Source of the DNA: Nymphaea colorata
Lineage: Eukaryota
NCBI RefSeq assembly: GCF_008831285.2
Contig: NC_045138.2
Coordinates: 27,156,001-27,220,000, forward strand
Reading direction: 5' to 3'
Length of the DNA: 64,000 nt
The first letter of the stretch is position 1. Each line of letters opens with the position of its first letter. A program made the translations under genes and the position numbers. Positions 38,301 through 50,952 of this stretch are shown piece by piece. The notes under the pieces were generated by a model, which saw only the letters and a list, made by a program, of their open reading frames with translations, ran no database searches and had not been told where the DNA came from.

Positions 38301-40446
38301 CTTGAGTTGCTAAGGTTTGAGGAAAAAGGGGAAAAGAAAACGGTTAGGGTTGGGGAAAAGTGTAGGAATAGGAGCTGGTGTGGGAGAAGGGTGGTTCCTG
38401 AGTTATGAAATGTGAGCAATTCCTATCATGTGTTGGCTTTTCCAGGGAAAATCTAAATGGAAACCTGCAGTAGAAGCACCCAAAGCATGTGTGTGAAAGC
38501 GTTTGCAAACTGCTTTTGAATAATTACTGGAAGATAAAAATGAAGGGAGTAGGCATCTGCCACTGCCTTTCTTGCAGGCTGCGAAAAGGCAGTTCAACTA
38601 ATGTCAGTGTTGCTGTCTGCTATCAAGTCTAGCTGCCAACTTGGTGATATACAGATACTTTTAGTGTTCCACGATCAAGTCCAGCTGGCCGCTTGGTAGT
38701 AAACTGATATTTCATAAAGTCTTCCAGGAAGGTTCATGCACAGTGAAGCCAAGTGCTTTTCGTATTAGCTCAGCAGGAATATAACAGATCTTACATAGTT
38801 GTGTCACCATTTATTTTCCTCGTAAGTTTTGATTGTCAGTTCCAGCTTGTCAGTAAGTCTTTTTATACCCCTTGGACATCTCTTAGTGTCTGTTACGGGT
38901 CACTGCATATACTGTGAAGCATGTTCACTAGATGAGAACAAATTTCACAACTAAAGTTCCGCTGATTTGTTTCCAATTTCCACCACTAATTTGGTCCATT
39001 AAAGAGTGGCTATTTCATGAGAAATTTGATTGTCTGATACTAGACCGTAGTGGCTGAGAAGTAATTAACATCTCTTAGTGTCTGTTACGGGTCACTGCAT
39101 ATACTGTGAAGCATGTTCACTAGATGAGAACAAATTTCACAACTAAAGTTCCGCTGATTTGTTTCCAATTTCCACCACTAATTTGGTCCATTAAAGAGTG
39201 GCTATTTCATGAGAAATTTGATTGTCTGATACTAGACCGTAGTGGCTGAGAAGTAATTAATTTATCACATCTTTTTAGTAACTCATTCATGCTGCTAAGA
39301 GCTTGCCATTACCCTTTGTCCTTCTCTTTCTGCTGATTTCATGGTACTTGTCACCTCTTCTTAGAAATGCATGCTGATCATCTTGTGCAGACTCGAGGCT
39401 TAAAGCATGGGAGGGCCATTGTTGTGTCAACTTGTGCAGCTGTGGCATCAATTTTAACTGGCGTACTTGCTGGTATGCTTGCACTAGGGGAGAAGTTGCC
39501 ATCGGGATCATTGGCCCGCACTGTCCTTTTGGTTGGATGGTATACATTTCTGCAATTCATTTTTTGGGAGTCCATATCACCTCGTGTCAGTTCTTTCTAT
39601 AGAACCACCTGTTGCTTGTTTCATGTATTCGATTAGTTTAATCACATTAATTTCTTTATTATGATTTATGTGTTCCTGGTTATAGAAGCATATTTCTGTG
39701 TATGTGATTCCTGAAGATTCCTAGATTGCTCACCACTCACTAGAATTGGCTATGTTTTGATATGTCATATGATATTACTGGCTTTTCTGACAGTCGATAC
39801 ATGTGAGATTTATTTTATATTTTCTAAAACGTTAGCAGTGATATATATATATATATATAATATGATAGTAAAAAAATATTATAAAAAAATTGTTTCCTAA
39901 AACTTATTATTCCTTAAAATAATTTTTTCTATTTGAAGTTTTGAATCATTTAAATTTTCCTGCATTTTTAAGAGAAAAACAAATTGTTGCGAGCTGCGGC
40001 GGAAGCCCCTAGTAGAAAAGCTTACGGAGACCAATATTGATGATAGGTTCCTTTTTATCTAATGTCTAGGACTTCACATGCAAGACTTATGGAGCCCAGC
40101 CTTCCAAGTATTTGAGCATACTTCTTAATTTTTTTCAGGAGGTCTATTTTTATCCAGTATTATTTATTCGTTGCATCTTATAACATCCTAAAATTTCGCC
40201 GGCATTGCATTTTCTGCACACAGGTTGCTGATCATTGTTGGTGTGGTCTTGCTGGTATGTTCAAGAAGGCTACGCTCTCTTCTGCCTAGATCATTGCGAC
40301 GACGTCTCCCCACTGGAGCTACTGAGAGGAATGCTTCCTTTAGAAAGTCTGGTTCTGTTCATGGTTGGGAGCCGAATCCTGTTTCTCTTGTTCCAACAAA
40401 CCCATTGCTTCATTTGAAAGCCTCTCCTGCAAAAGCGAAGCCTTGA
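32357..40446 (+). CDS. NIPA9: Probable magnesium transporter, NIPA9-like (DMT superfamily), 9 exons
   Basis: Exons approx 32357-32467, 33607-33705, 35682-35811, 36488-36576, 37176-37232, 37335-37393, 37983-38103, 39391-39539, 40224-40446. Peptides MWQAIFLTIVATAGNNVGKVLQKKGT, ALSQAPVSIIQPVSGSGLAIL, EEIIFGLEAGILFGMASVISKMGF, QTRGLKHGRAIVVSTCAAVASI. Multiple hydrophobic helices. Confidence 0.9.
34674..34731. repeat. Perfect tandem duplication, 2 x 29 bp (NIPA9 intron 2)
   Basis: AGAGCAAAATTTACTACTGCAAAACTTGT twice. Confidence 0.9.
38876..39259. repeat. Perfect tandem duplication, 2 x 192 bp (NIPA9 intron 7)
   Basis: ACATCTCTTAGTGTCTGTTACGG...GTGGCTGAGAAGTAATTA at 38876-39067 and 39068-39259, no mismatch seen. 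Confidence 0.93.
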
Positions 40447-41229
40447 CAGAAGATATACCGGAAGAAAATAATTGTTCGCTTGGTGCCGTCGTTATTGAAA
40501 TTCTTTCTGTAAGTAACCAAATGGCAGAAAATTGTAAGATGAGATCCCGGATTGTATATTTTGTGTAGCCCGACTTGGGGCCTTTTACTTAAGGATTAGC
40601 CCGAGTTCTGCTGCTCTTATCATTACCTGGATCAATGTTATGACGATGTGGATATCGGCCAATATGCATTGCATCAGACCCCCACCACAAGATGCTGGGA
40701 ATACAGTGACTACTGATATATGGATTCTCAAATATTTCAAGTATGGGCCCATGTGGAACCAATCGAACCATATTGACTTGTATAAACTGATTAATGATGT
40801 ATTGACCAACATTTGCACAAAGTTGTAACAATTTGTTTCCTTTGTCATTTTGAAAGTGCCTGAAACCATCGATGCATTGCATGCTTATTGGCTGGTATGA
40901 GTACTGTTATCATTTTGATGAGTTGTGTATGGTTCTAAAATTAGTTGTATTTCGTTCATGTTCTTGAGATGAGATAGAAACCGATATTTGCAGCATCGAT
41001 CAATAAGATTTTTATGAGACAAAAAAAAAAAGATGTTCGCAACTTTGGCCTATATTGACGTTATTTTTGAGGGTGTATGTTATTAGATTTTGAAAGTGGG
41101 TGACAGATTAATATACGCTGCATATTGCGAACCATGATTCCATATTCGTTTCCGGATCATGGATACGTTCAACAGGAACCGAACATTTTGACATCGCTAA
41201 CCACCGCAGGGCGGCAGGCTGTAGCCCCT

Positions 41230-41662
41230 GCCTTGTTTGGTTGGAGGGAAAGGGATGGAGGGAAATGGAGGGAAAGGAAGGGAAAGGGAAGGGAATGGAA
41301 TGGAAAAAGGTGATTATAAAAGCTTGTTTGGATAAAAGTGAATGGAATGGAAAGAAAACAATACAATTTATAATAATACCCTCAATAGTCAAAAGGTTGA
41401 GAGGCAGGGAGAAAAAAAACGTGGAGGGGTATTGTGGGCAGTCAACACTTTTGTACTTACTCCCTTTCCTTTCCCTTCCAATCCGTCCGATTTGGGAGGG
41501 ATTGAATTTACACTATACAATCTTTTCCTTTCCTTTCCTTTCCCTCCCCTCCCATCCAAACAGACTTTCTCTCTTTCCATTCCTTTCCCTCCTTTTTAAT
41601 TAGCCAACCAAACATAAAAGGGATTGCTGAATCCCTCCCTTTCCTTCCAACCAAACAGGCCC
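41230..41662. mobile_element. PIF/Harbinger-derived Tourist-type MITE, ~430 bp
   Basis: Left GCCTTGTTTGGTTGGAGGGAAAGGGA, right TCCCTTTCCTTCCAACCAAACAGGCCC followed by TAA. GGAAAGGGAA arrays on the left are mirrored by TTCCTTTCC arrays on the right. Confidence 0.8.
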
Positions 41663-41723
41663 TAAATCTAACCCGGTGGCATTGACCCTGACACGATGTA
41701 GTCCTCCCGCGGGGAAAGAACTG

Positions 41724-44033
41724 ATGAATAGGAGAAGCAACCTAGCGAGCGTTGTAGGCATGGCAACGGTCGGGAAGCCTCGTCCGTCTGGAGTTCCGCG
41801 TTGGTTCAGGTATGAGTTCCGGGCACGACTTCGTGATTTTGCGTCCCCAGATGTCTTTTCCGGCGAAAGGCTGCAAGAGTCTTCGCTACGACGCGGGAAA
41901 CCTGCTGGAGCTGTTTCCAAGCTCTCGGAAGCATGTTCGCATCGCTCTACGGCGCTAAGACCACCTTTTCCCGCGAATGGTTCCGGTGCCTCTACCTCCG
42001 ATCGCGGCGTCATCGACGACGTCTTCCGCGGCTTGGAGAATGGCGCTTGGAATTATATGCGATGCTGCGTCTCTGATCTCACCCCATCGGTTGTTGTCGG
42101 CGTTTTGTACAAGTGCAGTGGGGATTTGAGTTTAGGACAGAAATTCATAGATTGGTTGGGGAAACAGTCGGGTATCCGGCACTCTTCGGATTCCTTGAGC
42201 GCCATGATTCATATCCTGGTTCGGAGCCGAAGGCTCTCGGATGCACAGGCTTTGATTCTGAGGATGGTGCGGAGACGAGGGGTTACGAGGCCTGCCATTG
42301 TTGGAAGCTTGGTAGGTACTTACAAACATTGTCAGTCGAACCCATTGGTGTTCGATTTGTTGGTTAAGACTTACGTCCAATCCAGGAAATTGAGGGAGGC
42401 AGTGGAGGCATTTAGAAATCTGAGAAGTAGAGGCGTGTCGCCATCAATTCATGCTTGTAATAGCCTCTTGGGAAGTTTAGTGAAAGCACATTGGGTGGAT
42501 ATGGCGTGGGAGGTATACAGAGAGGTCCTTGATAGCAGAGTGGGGATGAACATTTTTACGTTTAACATAATGGTTAACGCGTTGTGCAAGGATCGGATGA
42601 TTGGGAAAGCTATGGAATTCGTATCTGAAATGGAAACCAAGGGAGTTCCTCCAGATATTGTAACATATAATACGTTGGTAGACGCGCACTGTCGTGAAGG
42701 TCTTGTTCAGGATGCATTTGGATTGCTGGATGTCCTCTCCATCAAGGGATTGCGGCCTGACATTGTTACCTACAATTCTCTCGTTAATGGACTTTGTCGA
42801 AAAGGGGAGTACGTGAAGGCAAAAGAACTTGTAGCTGATGTGTTAAGAGCTGGATTGATTCCGAACACATCAACATACAATATTTTGATTAGTGGCTGCT
42901 ATGAGAGAGGCAATGCTATTGAAGTTGCTGAAATATATAAGGAGATGAGATCTTATGGCCTTGTACCAGATATTGTCAGTTACAGCTTACTCATCGGTTT
43001 CTTTTCTAGGAAAGGAGATCTTAATACTGCATTAATGCACTTTGAAGATATGAAGATCGCCGGTTTGGTTCCTGACAGCGTCATTTATACGATGTTGATT
43101 GATGGATTCTGCAAGACAGGTCAAACTACTGAGGCTCTAAATATCCGGAACGAGATGGTACAAAGAGGTGCTCTTCCAGATAGTGTTACATACAATGCAA
43201 TCATGAATGGATTCTGTAAGGAGAGAAGACTAGAAGAAGCTGACGAATTGCTTACAGAGATGGTTGAAAGAGGAATTGTCCCGGACTATTGTACATTTAC
43301 CACCATTATAGATGGTTACTGCAAGAATGGGTATATAGAAAAAGCTGTGAATATGTTCCAGAGAATGATGGAACAGAATATCAAGCCTGATATTGTGACA
43401 TACAATACTCTGATAGATGGGTTTTGCAAGGAAGGTGATACCGAGAAGGCAGAAGAATTTTTAAATTCTATGATCTCGTGTGGCATCTCACCCAATCACA
43501 TTACCTATAGCATTTTGATTGACGAATTGTGTAGCAAGGGTAGTATAACTGATGCATTATTTTTATGGGATGAAATGATTAATAAAGGTATTAAACCTAA
43601 CATTGTAACATATAATTCTATTATTAAAGGCTACTGCAGGTCAGGAAGTGTGAACAAGGCAGAAGACCTTTTGAAGCAGATGAGTGCAGAAGGTATCATT
43701 CCGGACAAGATAACATATAATACACTAATTCATGCGTATTGCAAACAAGAAAAGGTCCAAGATGCTTATGCTCTTGTGCATATGATGGACAGTCGAGGGA
43801 TACATCCTGACATTGTTACGTATAATGTGCTTTTGAATGGGTTCTGTACTCAAGGTATACTGGAAGAAGCTGAGTCTATCTTCAGAATAATGACCGATAG
43901 AGGCATAATGCCGGACAAATCAACATATACATTTTTGATGAATGGGTATGTTGCTTCAAACAATTTGAAGAAGGCATTCCGTCTTCACGATGAGATGCTA
44001 AGGAAAGGATTCCTAGTTGAAGACCAGTTCTGA
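41724..44033 (+). CDS. P-class pentatricopeptide repeat protein (~16-17 PPR motifs), resembling the At5g01110-type group
   Basis: Intronless ORF; first ATG 41724, alternative 41760. Tandem 35-aa motifs such as IVTYNTLVDAHCREGLVQDAFGLLDVLSIKGLRPD. No E/DYW extension. Arg/Ser-rich organellar-targeting-like N-terminus. The At5g01110 resemblance is from recall, not a search. Confidence 0.93.
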   Translation: MNRRSNLASVVGMATVGKPRPSGVPRWFRYEFRARLRDFASPDVFSGERLQESSLRRGKPAGAVSKLSEACSHRSTALRPPFPANGSGASTSDRGVIDDVFRGLENGAWNYMRCCVSDLTPSVVVGVLYKCSGDLSLGQKFIDWLGKQSGIRHSSDSLSAMIHILVRSRRLSDAQALILRMVRRRGVTRPAIVGSLVGTYKHCQSNPLVFDLLVKTYVQSRKLREAVEAFRNLRSRGVSPSIHACNSLLGSLVKAHWVDMAWEVYREVLDSRVGMNIFTFNIMVNALCKDRMIGKAMEFVSEMETKGVPPDIVTYNTLVDAHCREGLVQDAFGLLDVLSIKGLRPDIVTYNSLVNGLCRKGEYVKAKELVADVLRAGLIPNTSTYNILISGCYERGNAIEVAEIYKEMRSYGLVPDIVSYSLLIGFFSRKGDLNTALMHFEDMKIAGLVPDSVIYTMLIDGFCKTGQTTEALNIRNEMVQRGALPDSVTYNAIMNGFCKERRLEEADELLTEMVERGIVPDYCTFTTIIDGYCKNGYIEKAVNMFQRMMEQNIKPDIVTYNTLIDGFCKEGDTEKAEEFLNSMISCGISPNHITYSILIDELCSKGSITDALFLWDEMINKGIKPNIVTYNSIIKGYCRSGSVNKAEDLLKQMSAEGIIPDKITYNTLIHAYCKQEKVQDAYALVHMMDSRGIHPDIVTYNVLLNGFCTQGILEEAESIFRIMTDRGIMPDKSTYTFLMNGYVASNNLKKAFRLHDEMLRKGFLVEDQF

Positions 44034-47000
44034 CCTCTTCATTTTCTTCCTTTGTTTGTGTTGACGTTCTTTTCAATCAAGACTGCAGGGGAAACTCCCT
44101 GCCTTTAAGAAACATTTATACTGAATATACAAAAGAACAGAGCATTCAGAAAAAAGATCATGATCAGCGTTCACCAGTCTCATTCTTGCCACTAGCAACC
44201 TGCAAGGTTGTAACTCTAGTAGGGGACAGTGACTGTCGGATGAGTCAGCTGCTAAATGTTGGAGAATTCTGGAACCAAATGTTTCCAACTTTTCAAGCAC
44301 AGGAATCAACTAGTTATGCGCATGTGGATCATTGCAGCTAAGTTCTAGCTTGTGAGTAGGAGTATATATAGACTGAAGCCACTATCAGTAACAAGAGTAA
44401 CAGCATTTAAGAGAAATTGTCTGAGTTAGCTACTGCATGACCGATCCTCGTGAAAGGTACGCAGAATTTTCAAATGGATGACTTTTACAATACATGAAGT
44501 TTTTAGCATCATAAAGTTTCTTGGTCCAGTAATGCATGGCACTTGAACCATTATCCTTCAAGTACAATCTACAAATATGTAGCTGCTTAGTTATGAATAG
44601 GCTCTCTATTGGATTGGTACCCAGAATTTTCAAATCGATGATTTCTTCAATATATGAGGATAGCATCATAATTCTTTCATGGTCCAGTAAACCATGGCAC
44701 TTCAGCAATTTTCTTTGAAATACGATCTACGGCTATGCATTGTGTATCCGCTTTTTGCAGCTTCTGAATTATGAATTGATTCCCTATTTGGTTGTCAATT
44801 TTCCGATCTTTCTTTTCCCACGAACTGATCCTTGACCTGTTTCTATTCAACTTAATGTTCCTTGGATATGCCATGCAACCATTAGAGGAGATTGAGCTCT
44901 TGTTAAAAGATATTTTCTATTTATGATACTGACTAACATGTGGTACTCTACCTGCAGCGAAACAGCAGTCCTTGCAAAGAAGATTTTCATTCACAGAATG
45001 GAGACACTTGAAAGTACTGCTTCACGATTTTGTTGAGTATAGCCCGTATCCTGCTGTGCTAGCTTATATTTCTATCACGTACCTTTTGTCTTGTTCCCTT
45101 GTGGGGTTATGCTTTTGCATCCATTAAACTCTCACTCTTTGCCTGTTATCAGTTGGAATTTCTCAGGTTATATCGACCAACAGAATATAAGTCTCTCACA
45201 CGCTCATATGCAGAGTCAACATAATCACCAATTTATATGTTATATACTCTAATACACAAAATAAACATATACAGGGTTACCAGAATCACCATATTACATG
45301 TGAATATACTCTGATGCACATTATATATAGTTATATACTATACTAGTAATAAAATGTATAACAAGCATACTACATATATTTGCATATTTTCTATATAATA
45401 AAGCTCTCATGGCCCAGCCCAGTCGCCAAGTTGTCAGGCCACAAGTCAGGACCCAAGGACAATCATGCCAAATCACTGGGTTTTAAAACGTTTTTGCATC
45501 AATTAGTTGATTAAGTTCTTTTAATCAACCAAGACACATGCAAATGTGGTCTCATGATTTAGCCCTTTCGACCTGTATACCTGTAGATACAGTCCTTTAC
45601 TACTAGTACATCAATTATGGCTCCGTGTCCCTGGTGGTATGTGCAGACATGCATGGGCACGTTCATTTGGATGCTGGTGCATAGGATCATTATTTAAGTA
45701 ATTTTCTACTAATTTATAATAACATTAGAAGAGTATGGGCAATTAATTAAGAAAAGACTGCCTATCTCAGTTTCTCTGCCACCTCGAGGTTGAGGAGTTT
45801 GTGGAGTTAAAAGGTCATTTTGGCTAATTGAAGCTTCTTAAATTGTTTCTTGTCCTTGTGTTCTAATAGACTAATACCGTTACGGCATAGAAAGTAACCC
45901 AGGGTGGGGGAGCTGTTACTGTGAAAATGCTTGTTTTGTCTCTTGAAGCTTCATAGATTTAGCTATCTAAGATTCTAAAGTATCATGACACAATCTGGAG
46001 TCCTTTGGCCTCTTTCTGTGGTACTTGGGGAATTTTTAGTTCTTTTGATATCTATGGCGGTACAGTAATTCTAGCAATTTTGAATTGTAACTAACTAAGT
46101 ATATTGAGATGAGATGAAATTCTATTTTAGAGCTAGGACGAATCTTCTTGACTGCCTTGTTAGATACCAAACTGGAGTGTGTGAAAGCCAGCCTGCTTCT
46201 GGAGACTGTTGAGGTCTTTTCAGTGGCAAGATTCTTTAAATTGTCAAAGTGATGGCGTTGCACGAGAAATTAAATAGAAAAGGAGATTTGTACATTATTG
46301 CTCGTCATCATTCACTGCTTGTTGTTACAAGTTGTCATTTTTTTTTTTTCACTTTGATAATATTTGAAAATCCCAGGTTATGTTTCACATGTCTGATAGA
46401 AGTATCGAGGAGCTTTTTTGGTAAGCAATATACTGTGACTTCACCATGATACATTTGACTTGTGCTGGAAAAAATCACAATGAGTTATTTTACATGTGTT
46501 GATGGTTATTCCTTTTGTTCTTTTATATATTCATTCTTTTGGTCAAAGATTTCCTGGTAGATAGTGATAAGTGATAACTGATCGAGATTTTGAAAATCTC
46601 CCACTAGAATCTGCAAGGTTTCTGTTGTTGGGGTCATAGGTAGGAACTTATGTGGGTGGGGCATGAAATGAACTTGAACTGGGAGTCATGGCAGACTCCG
46701 AGATGGGCAGCAGCCATTTCCTATAGGGTATGTCTCTGCTGCCTATATGGAGGGCATGCCAATGCCATATACCAGCTGGAATTTCACCCTGCCCAGAGTG
46801 AGGACCTGCCATTGACTCTTCTCTTTCCTCTCTCTCTCTTTCTTTTCTTCAAAAAGGTTTCTCTCTTGATGAATGTTATTCTGTCTTAGATCATTTCCAA
46901 CAGCGATCAAGGTTAATTTACTGGTTCATGCCCCACATTCAGAACGATACTAGTTTATGCAGAAAACACGGTATTGAGTCCTTGACCTCCCTCAACTTCA

Positions 47001-47757
47001 AGGTCTTCAGTCCAAACTGGCCTCTAGCCAGGTAGATAGAGCTCATGTTGGCTACTTGGTGCTGCTATATTATGATGGAGTAGCTCGTTCATACTCATAG
47101 GCATCCTATAAGATCAATTATACTGATCGATGAATGAGTAGATAAGATTAGTTGCTTATCCCATGTAATAGTTTCATCAAAACACCGCATGTGTCCCACC
47201 GCAAACTCAGGGGCATTGAACCCTAAGTTTCTAATAGTCTCAAAGTGGAAACACAAATTTTATTGTGACAACCAGATTCAGGTGCAAATATTTATGGCAC
47301 CTACTTAAGAGCCTCAATTAAATGCAAAGAATTGACAAACAACGAACTTTGTACCTAAATCTAGAGTTTATCGAACTAAAGATACATGTCAAATACTCAA
47401 ATCTGTGTTTTCATGAAAAATTTGCTTGTTGGATGTCTTCTTGCATTTTGGGGCATTTACAGACATGGATAAGGTGTTGAAGAAAGCTACTGGGAGATTG
47501 CATCTCACCATGGTCTGATGTACAATTGGTTTGGTGCTCTTCACAGATGGGAGGCAGTATATGGACCTCAGGGTTTTCCAGTTATTCGGGAGATGGGGCA
47601 CTCGGCATACTCGGAGGATTTCAGTAGCCATGCCAGTCTTAGCATTTCTCTACAGAGGCTTGATCCGGTTTTGCCATCAGGGAGTCGTCCATAGGCTACG
47701 GTTGTTGCCCACATGTTCTTCAGGATTGGTTCTAAATTTGGAAGTTTTGGCTCTGCC

Positions 47758-47848
47758 CTTTGTCAGGTGGATGATGCTCTTGCCTCTTCGCTTTGTCGGG
47801 TGGATGATGCTCTTGCCTCTTCGCTTTGTCAGGTGGATGATGTTCTTG
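47758..47848. repeat. 33-bp tandem minisatellite, ~2.7 copies
   Basis: CTTTGTC(A/G)GGTGGATGATGCTCTTGCCTCTTCG units at 47758, 47791 and 47824 (partial). Confidence 0.9.
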
Positions 47849-50725
47849 GTTGGCATGTATATGTAAATATGTATGAACTGAACGTTGTTACACAAGCTTT
47901 GGCGTGCTCCCCATGCGCTCTATAAGATACTATAAAATAATTTCAGTTGATTTAATGGTATAAATAGATTCAACATAGTTTCCTAAAACATGATCATGAT
48001 TCTTTAATCCTACTCAAATATTGATACATTGTCTGTTCTTGATTACAACATAGAGTAATGTGCTTCAAAAGTTATTATTCGTTAAATAAGCCATAGAAAT
48101 CACATTCTTCATATTGTTTTGCTATTTTAACATTTAATGAAGTGGCTTTGTGACAGAAAACTCGGAGATAAATATACCATATTGCATATCATTCTTTCAC
48201 TTTATATGTTCTTTAAAAATTTTAAATTACACCTATATACCTTTTGCCCAGAACTTTCTTACTCCGCTCTTGACAAACACCATTTAATAGGTAATCAATA
48301 AGGACAGGACGCTAGCGGGCATGGAATTTAATGAAGATTTGGAATGAGAAGAGATAGGAGGCCAACCAAGAGGAGACCCACCAATTGAAATATCAACTCT
48401 TGGTTGTGTTTGGCTGCTGGACTTTTCCGCCCTCCAAACTTGACCAAACGGGGAAAAAATTGAAAGGGTGAGACTTATACACCGTTAATGGTTCACCATC
48501 ACCATCATCCTTCAATGATATATATATATATATATACCTGGGCTATGCTACTTATCTAATGCACTATATAGATGAGCACATTGAGAATCAAGAAATAAAT
48601 AAGAAAAGAAAACTACAAGGATTACGAACCTTTTTATAGCCAATTACTTGGAGACACAATGGATTGAAAATTAAAATCTCATAGAAAGAGAGGAAGTAAG
48701 CTCCGTCAAAAACAAAATGCTAAGAAAAAACTAGTATATTTAACAATATGCCCGCATAAATTTTGAAAAATGAAAGAGAGAGAGAGAGAGAGAGAAGGGC
48801 TCATGAAATGAGGCATGCACGTCTAGTAACAACGATTTGAATTACTTTAAACTGATTTTTAAAATATAAAACATAAATCCTTAAAAAATAAAATAAATAA
48901 ATTTTATTGTTTTGCATTAGCAAAGTGCTTTGGCAGTCCAAGTTTGGTGTGAAATTTGCCTAAAATCACGCCTGCCCTACTACAATATCATTCCCGGTAA
49001 GCAGGAAGAGAATCCTACCGCTTGAGCGAGAACGGAAGCCTCATTTTCTTCCTGCCCTCATGATCTAGGGCTGTTTCGATGCCTGGTGGTCGTGGATATG
49101 CCTGCACACTGCACATCAACTTGTACAGTAACCTTGAATTTAATAATGAGGTAGGTCGACTTGTTCATAGTAGCTTACCACCTATGACGTGCAAGACTTT
49201 CAATTCTGCTGCAGCTGGTCTCCATCGATGTACTTAATTTTTCTTCTCTTTCTTATTCCATCTCCTCATTTTCAAAGCCTATGTATCCCTACCCACATGT
49301 CCTGTCCTCAAGAACTTGTCCTATTAACCTTCTTTGTTCTTTCAAAAAAAAATTAATCAAATACCCTAAAATTCTTTTGGGGATCTGCTCGACTCTTTGC
49401 TTTGTTTATCCAAAACATGTTTTTGAAGGTTATCAATGACTTGAGTTTAATTAATGCTTAAAATTAATGACCAATATACATCTAATAGCTCTTTACTGCT
49501 TGTATTGAATCTTTAATTGTTTTTTAGTCCATCCAATGAGTTAAAATGTATCACTCAAGATGCAGATTTGACAAAATATCGAGACATATGAACCTTTTAA
49601 GTGTCAAAAGGTGCAGCATAGCTGATCGAGCAGATGAGTACATATCATCTGTTCAATTCTTATAAGTACTATTTAAGGGGCAGATCTAAGGTAGGACCCG
49701 CATGGGCCCTGACTCTACGTCAATTTATTTTTTAATTTACAAGTATATTTTAAAAAATTTTACTTGTTTTATATAAAAAATTTGAAAAATGATATTTCGC
49801 CCATGGTAACTACTCCCTTGGACCATTAAAGGTGGGATCATGATATTCGAGTTGACGAGTGTACCATCTCTTGTGTAGATTGCGACGTAGCGCTGAACCC
49901 TGTAGGCAAAAGGAATAAGAGGGTCTTCACTCCTCAGGTCTTCTTTTGGGTGGTTGGTTTGCAAGCCTTCCTACTCACTTAAAGTAACCATGAAAATTGA
50001 AGCATAGTTTTAAGAATACTTTGAACTTAGTGATCTTTGGGATTACCATCAAGACTTTAGACGTGTGTCTACAAATCTTCCCAACAAAATTCTGGGTAAA
50101 AATTCCCTCAAATTATGAGCGTGTCGTGCCTTATATCCACGTGTTGGGTTACCCATCCATATCACATAAATCTAAAAATATTCTTCTTTATACATTAAAA
50201 AAGTTCACATGAAGCATAGTAAACAATTTTGAAGACATGAACTCTACTTGATTTAATGTGAACTTGTTCAACTCGCCGATGACACATTTGAGAATAATTG
50301 AAGTAAGGAGATCTAGCATTATCCGATGCATGATCAGATTAAGATGATTTAGCATTTGAAATTTGGAACGCGAATATTAGCAAGCCTATAATATTAATTT
50401 TGTCGCTAATTTTATGCCTTCAAACACACCCAAATGCTGAAGAACAACAGAATGGCACTTCTCATGAAGTGGTGGGACACAGGGATGGACCTTTGCATTA
50501 TTAGGAAAGGAAAAAGAACAAAACAACAATGAGAAGAGATCTGCCTATATTTGTCTTGTTCAACACAAACATTGGAAACTGACATACTAGTAGTACAGTT
50601 GTACCTACCAATAACATGGTCTGTCCCGGAATTAAGGGTGGGCGCAAGGCTGCAGGCATACCCGGGGTAAATCACACCAGGTGGCCGAAGCTAGAGTTAG
50701 GTCATGTTAGGTTTGCTGCACAACT

Positions 50726-50952
50726 GGGTGTAAAACCCCCAAGGCTATTCCCTCCGTGCCTATGGTCTTGGCATGCACGGGCTTCCTCGAGGGAGGAGAG
50801 GGTGCCATTGAGATTTGAACTAGCGACCAGCTGCCTATCTACAATTGGCCCAAGCAGGAGTGCATGCACAGGCTTCCTCGAGGGAGGAGAGGGTACCATT
50901 GAGATTTGAACTAGCGACCAGCTGCCTATCTACAATTGGCCCAAGCAGGAGT
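50726..50952 (-). mobile_element. SINE-like dispersed repeat whose 91-bp tRNA-like head is tandemly duplicated
   Basis: 91-bp units at 50771-50861 and 50862-50952 (2 mismatches). The minus strand reads TGGGCCAATTGTAGATAGGCAGCTGGTCGCTAGTTCAAATCTC (A-box- and B-box-like). Homologous copies near 15722-15851 and 21050-21250. Confidence 0.55.

Noticed and set aside
41676..41723. GTG start of the 785-aa PPR ORF
   Set aside because: The ORF track uses alternative start codons. A nuclear gene more likely starts at ATG 41724 or 41760.
47758..47848. CRISPR-like array (also 3339-3420 and 16284-16371)
   Set aside because: Head-to-tail duplications without unique spacers, eukaryotic context and no cas genes.
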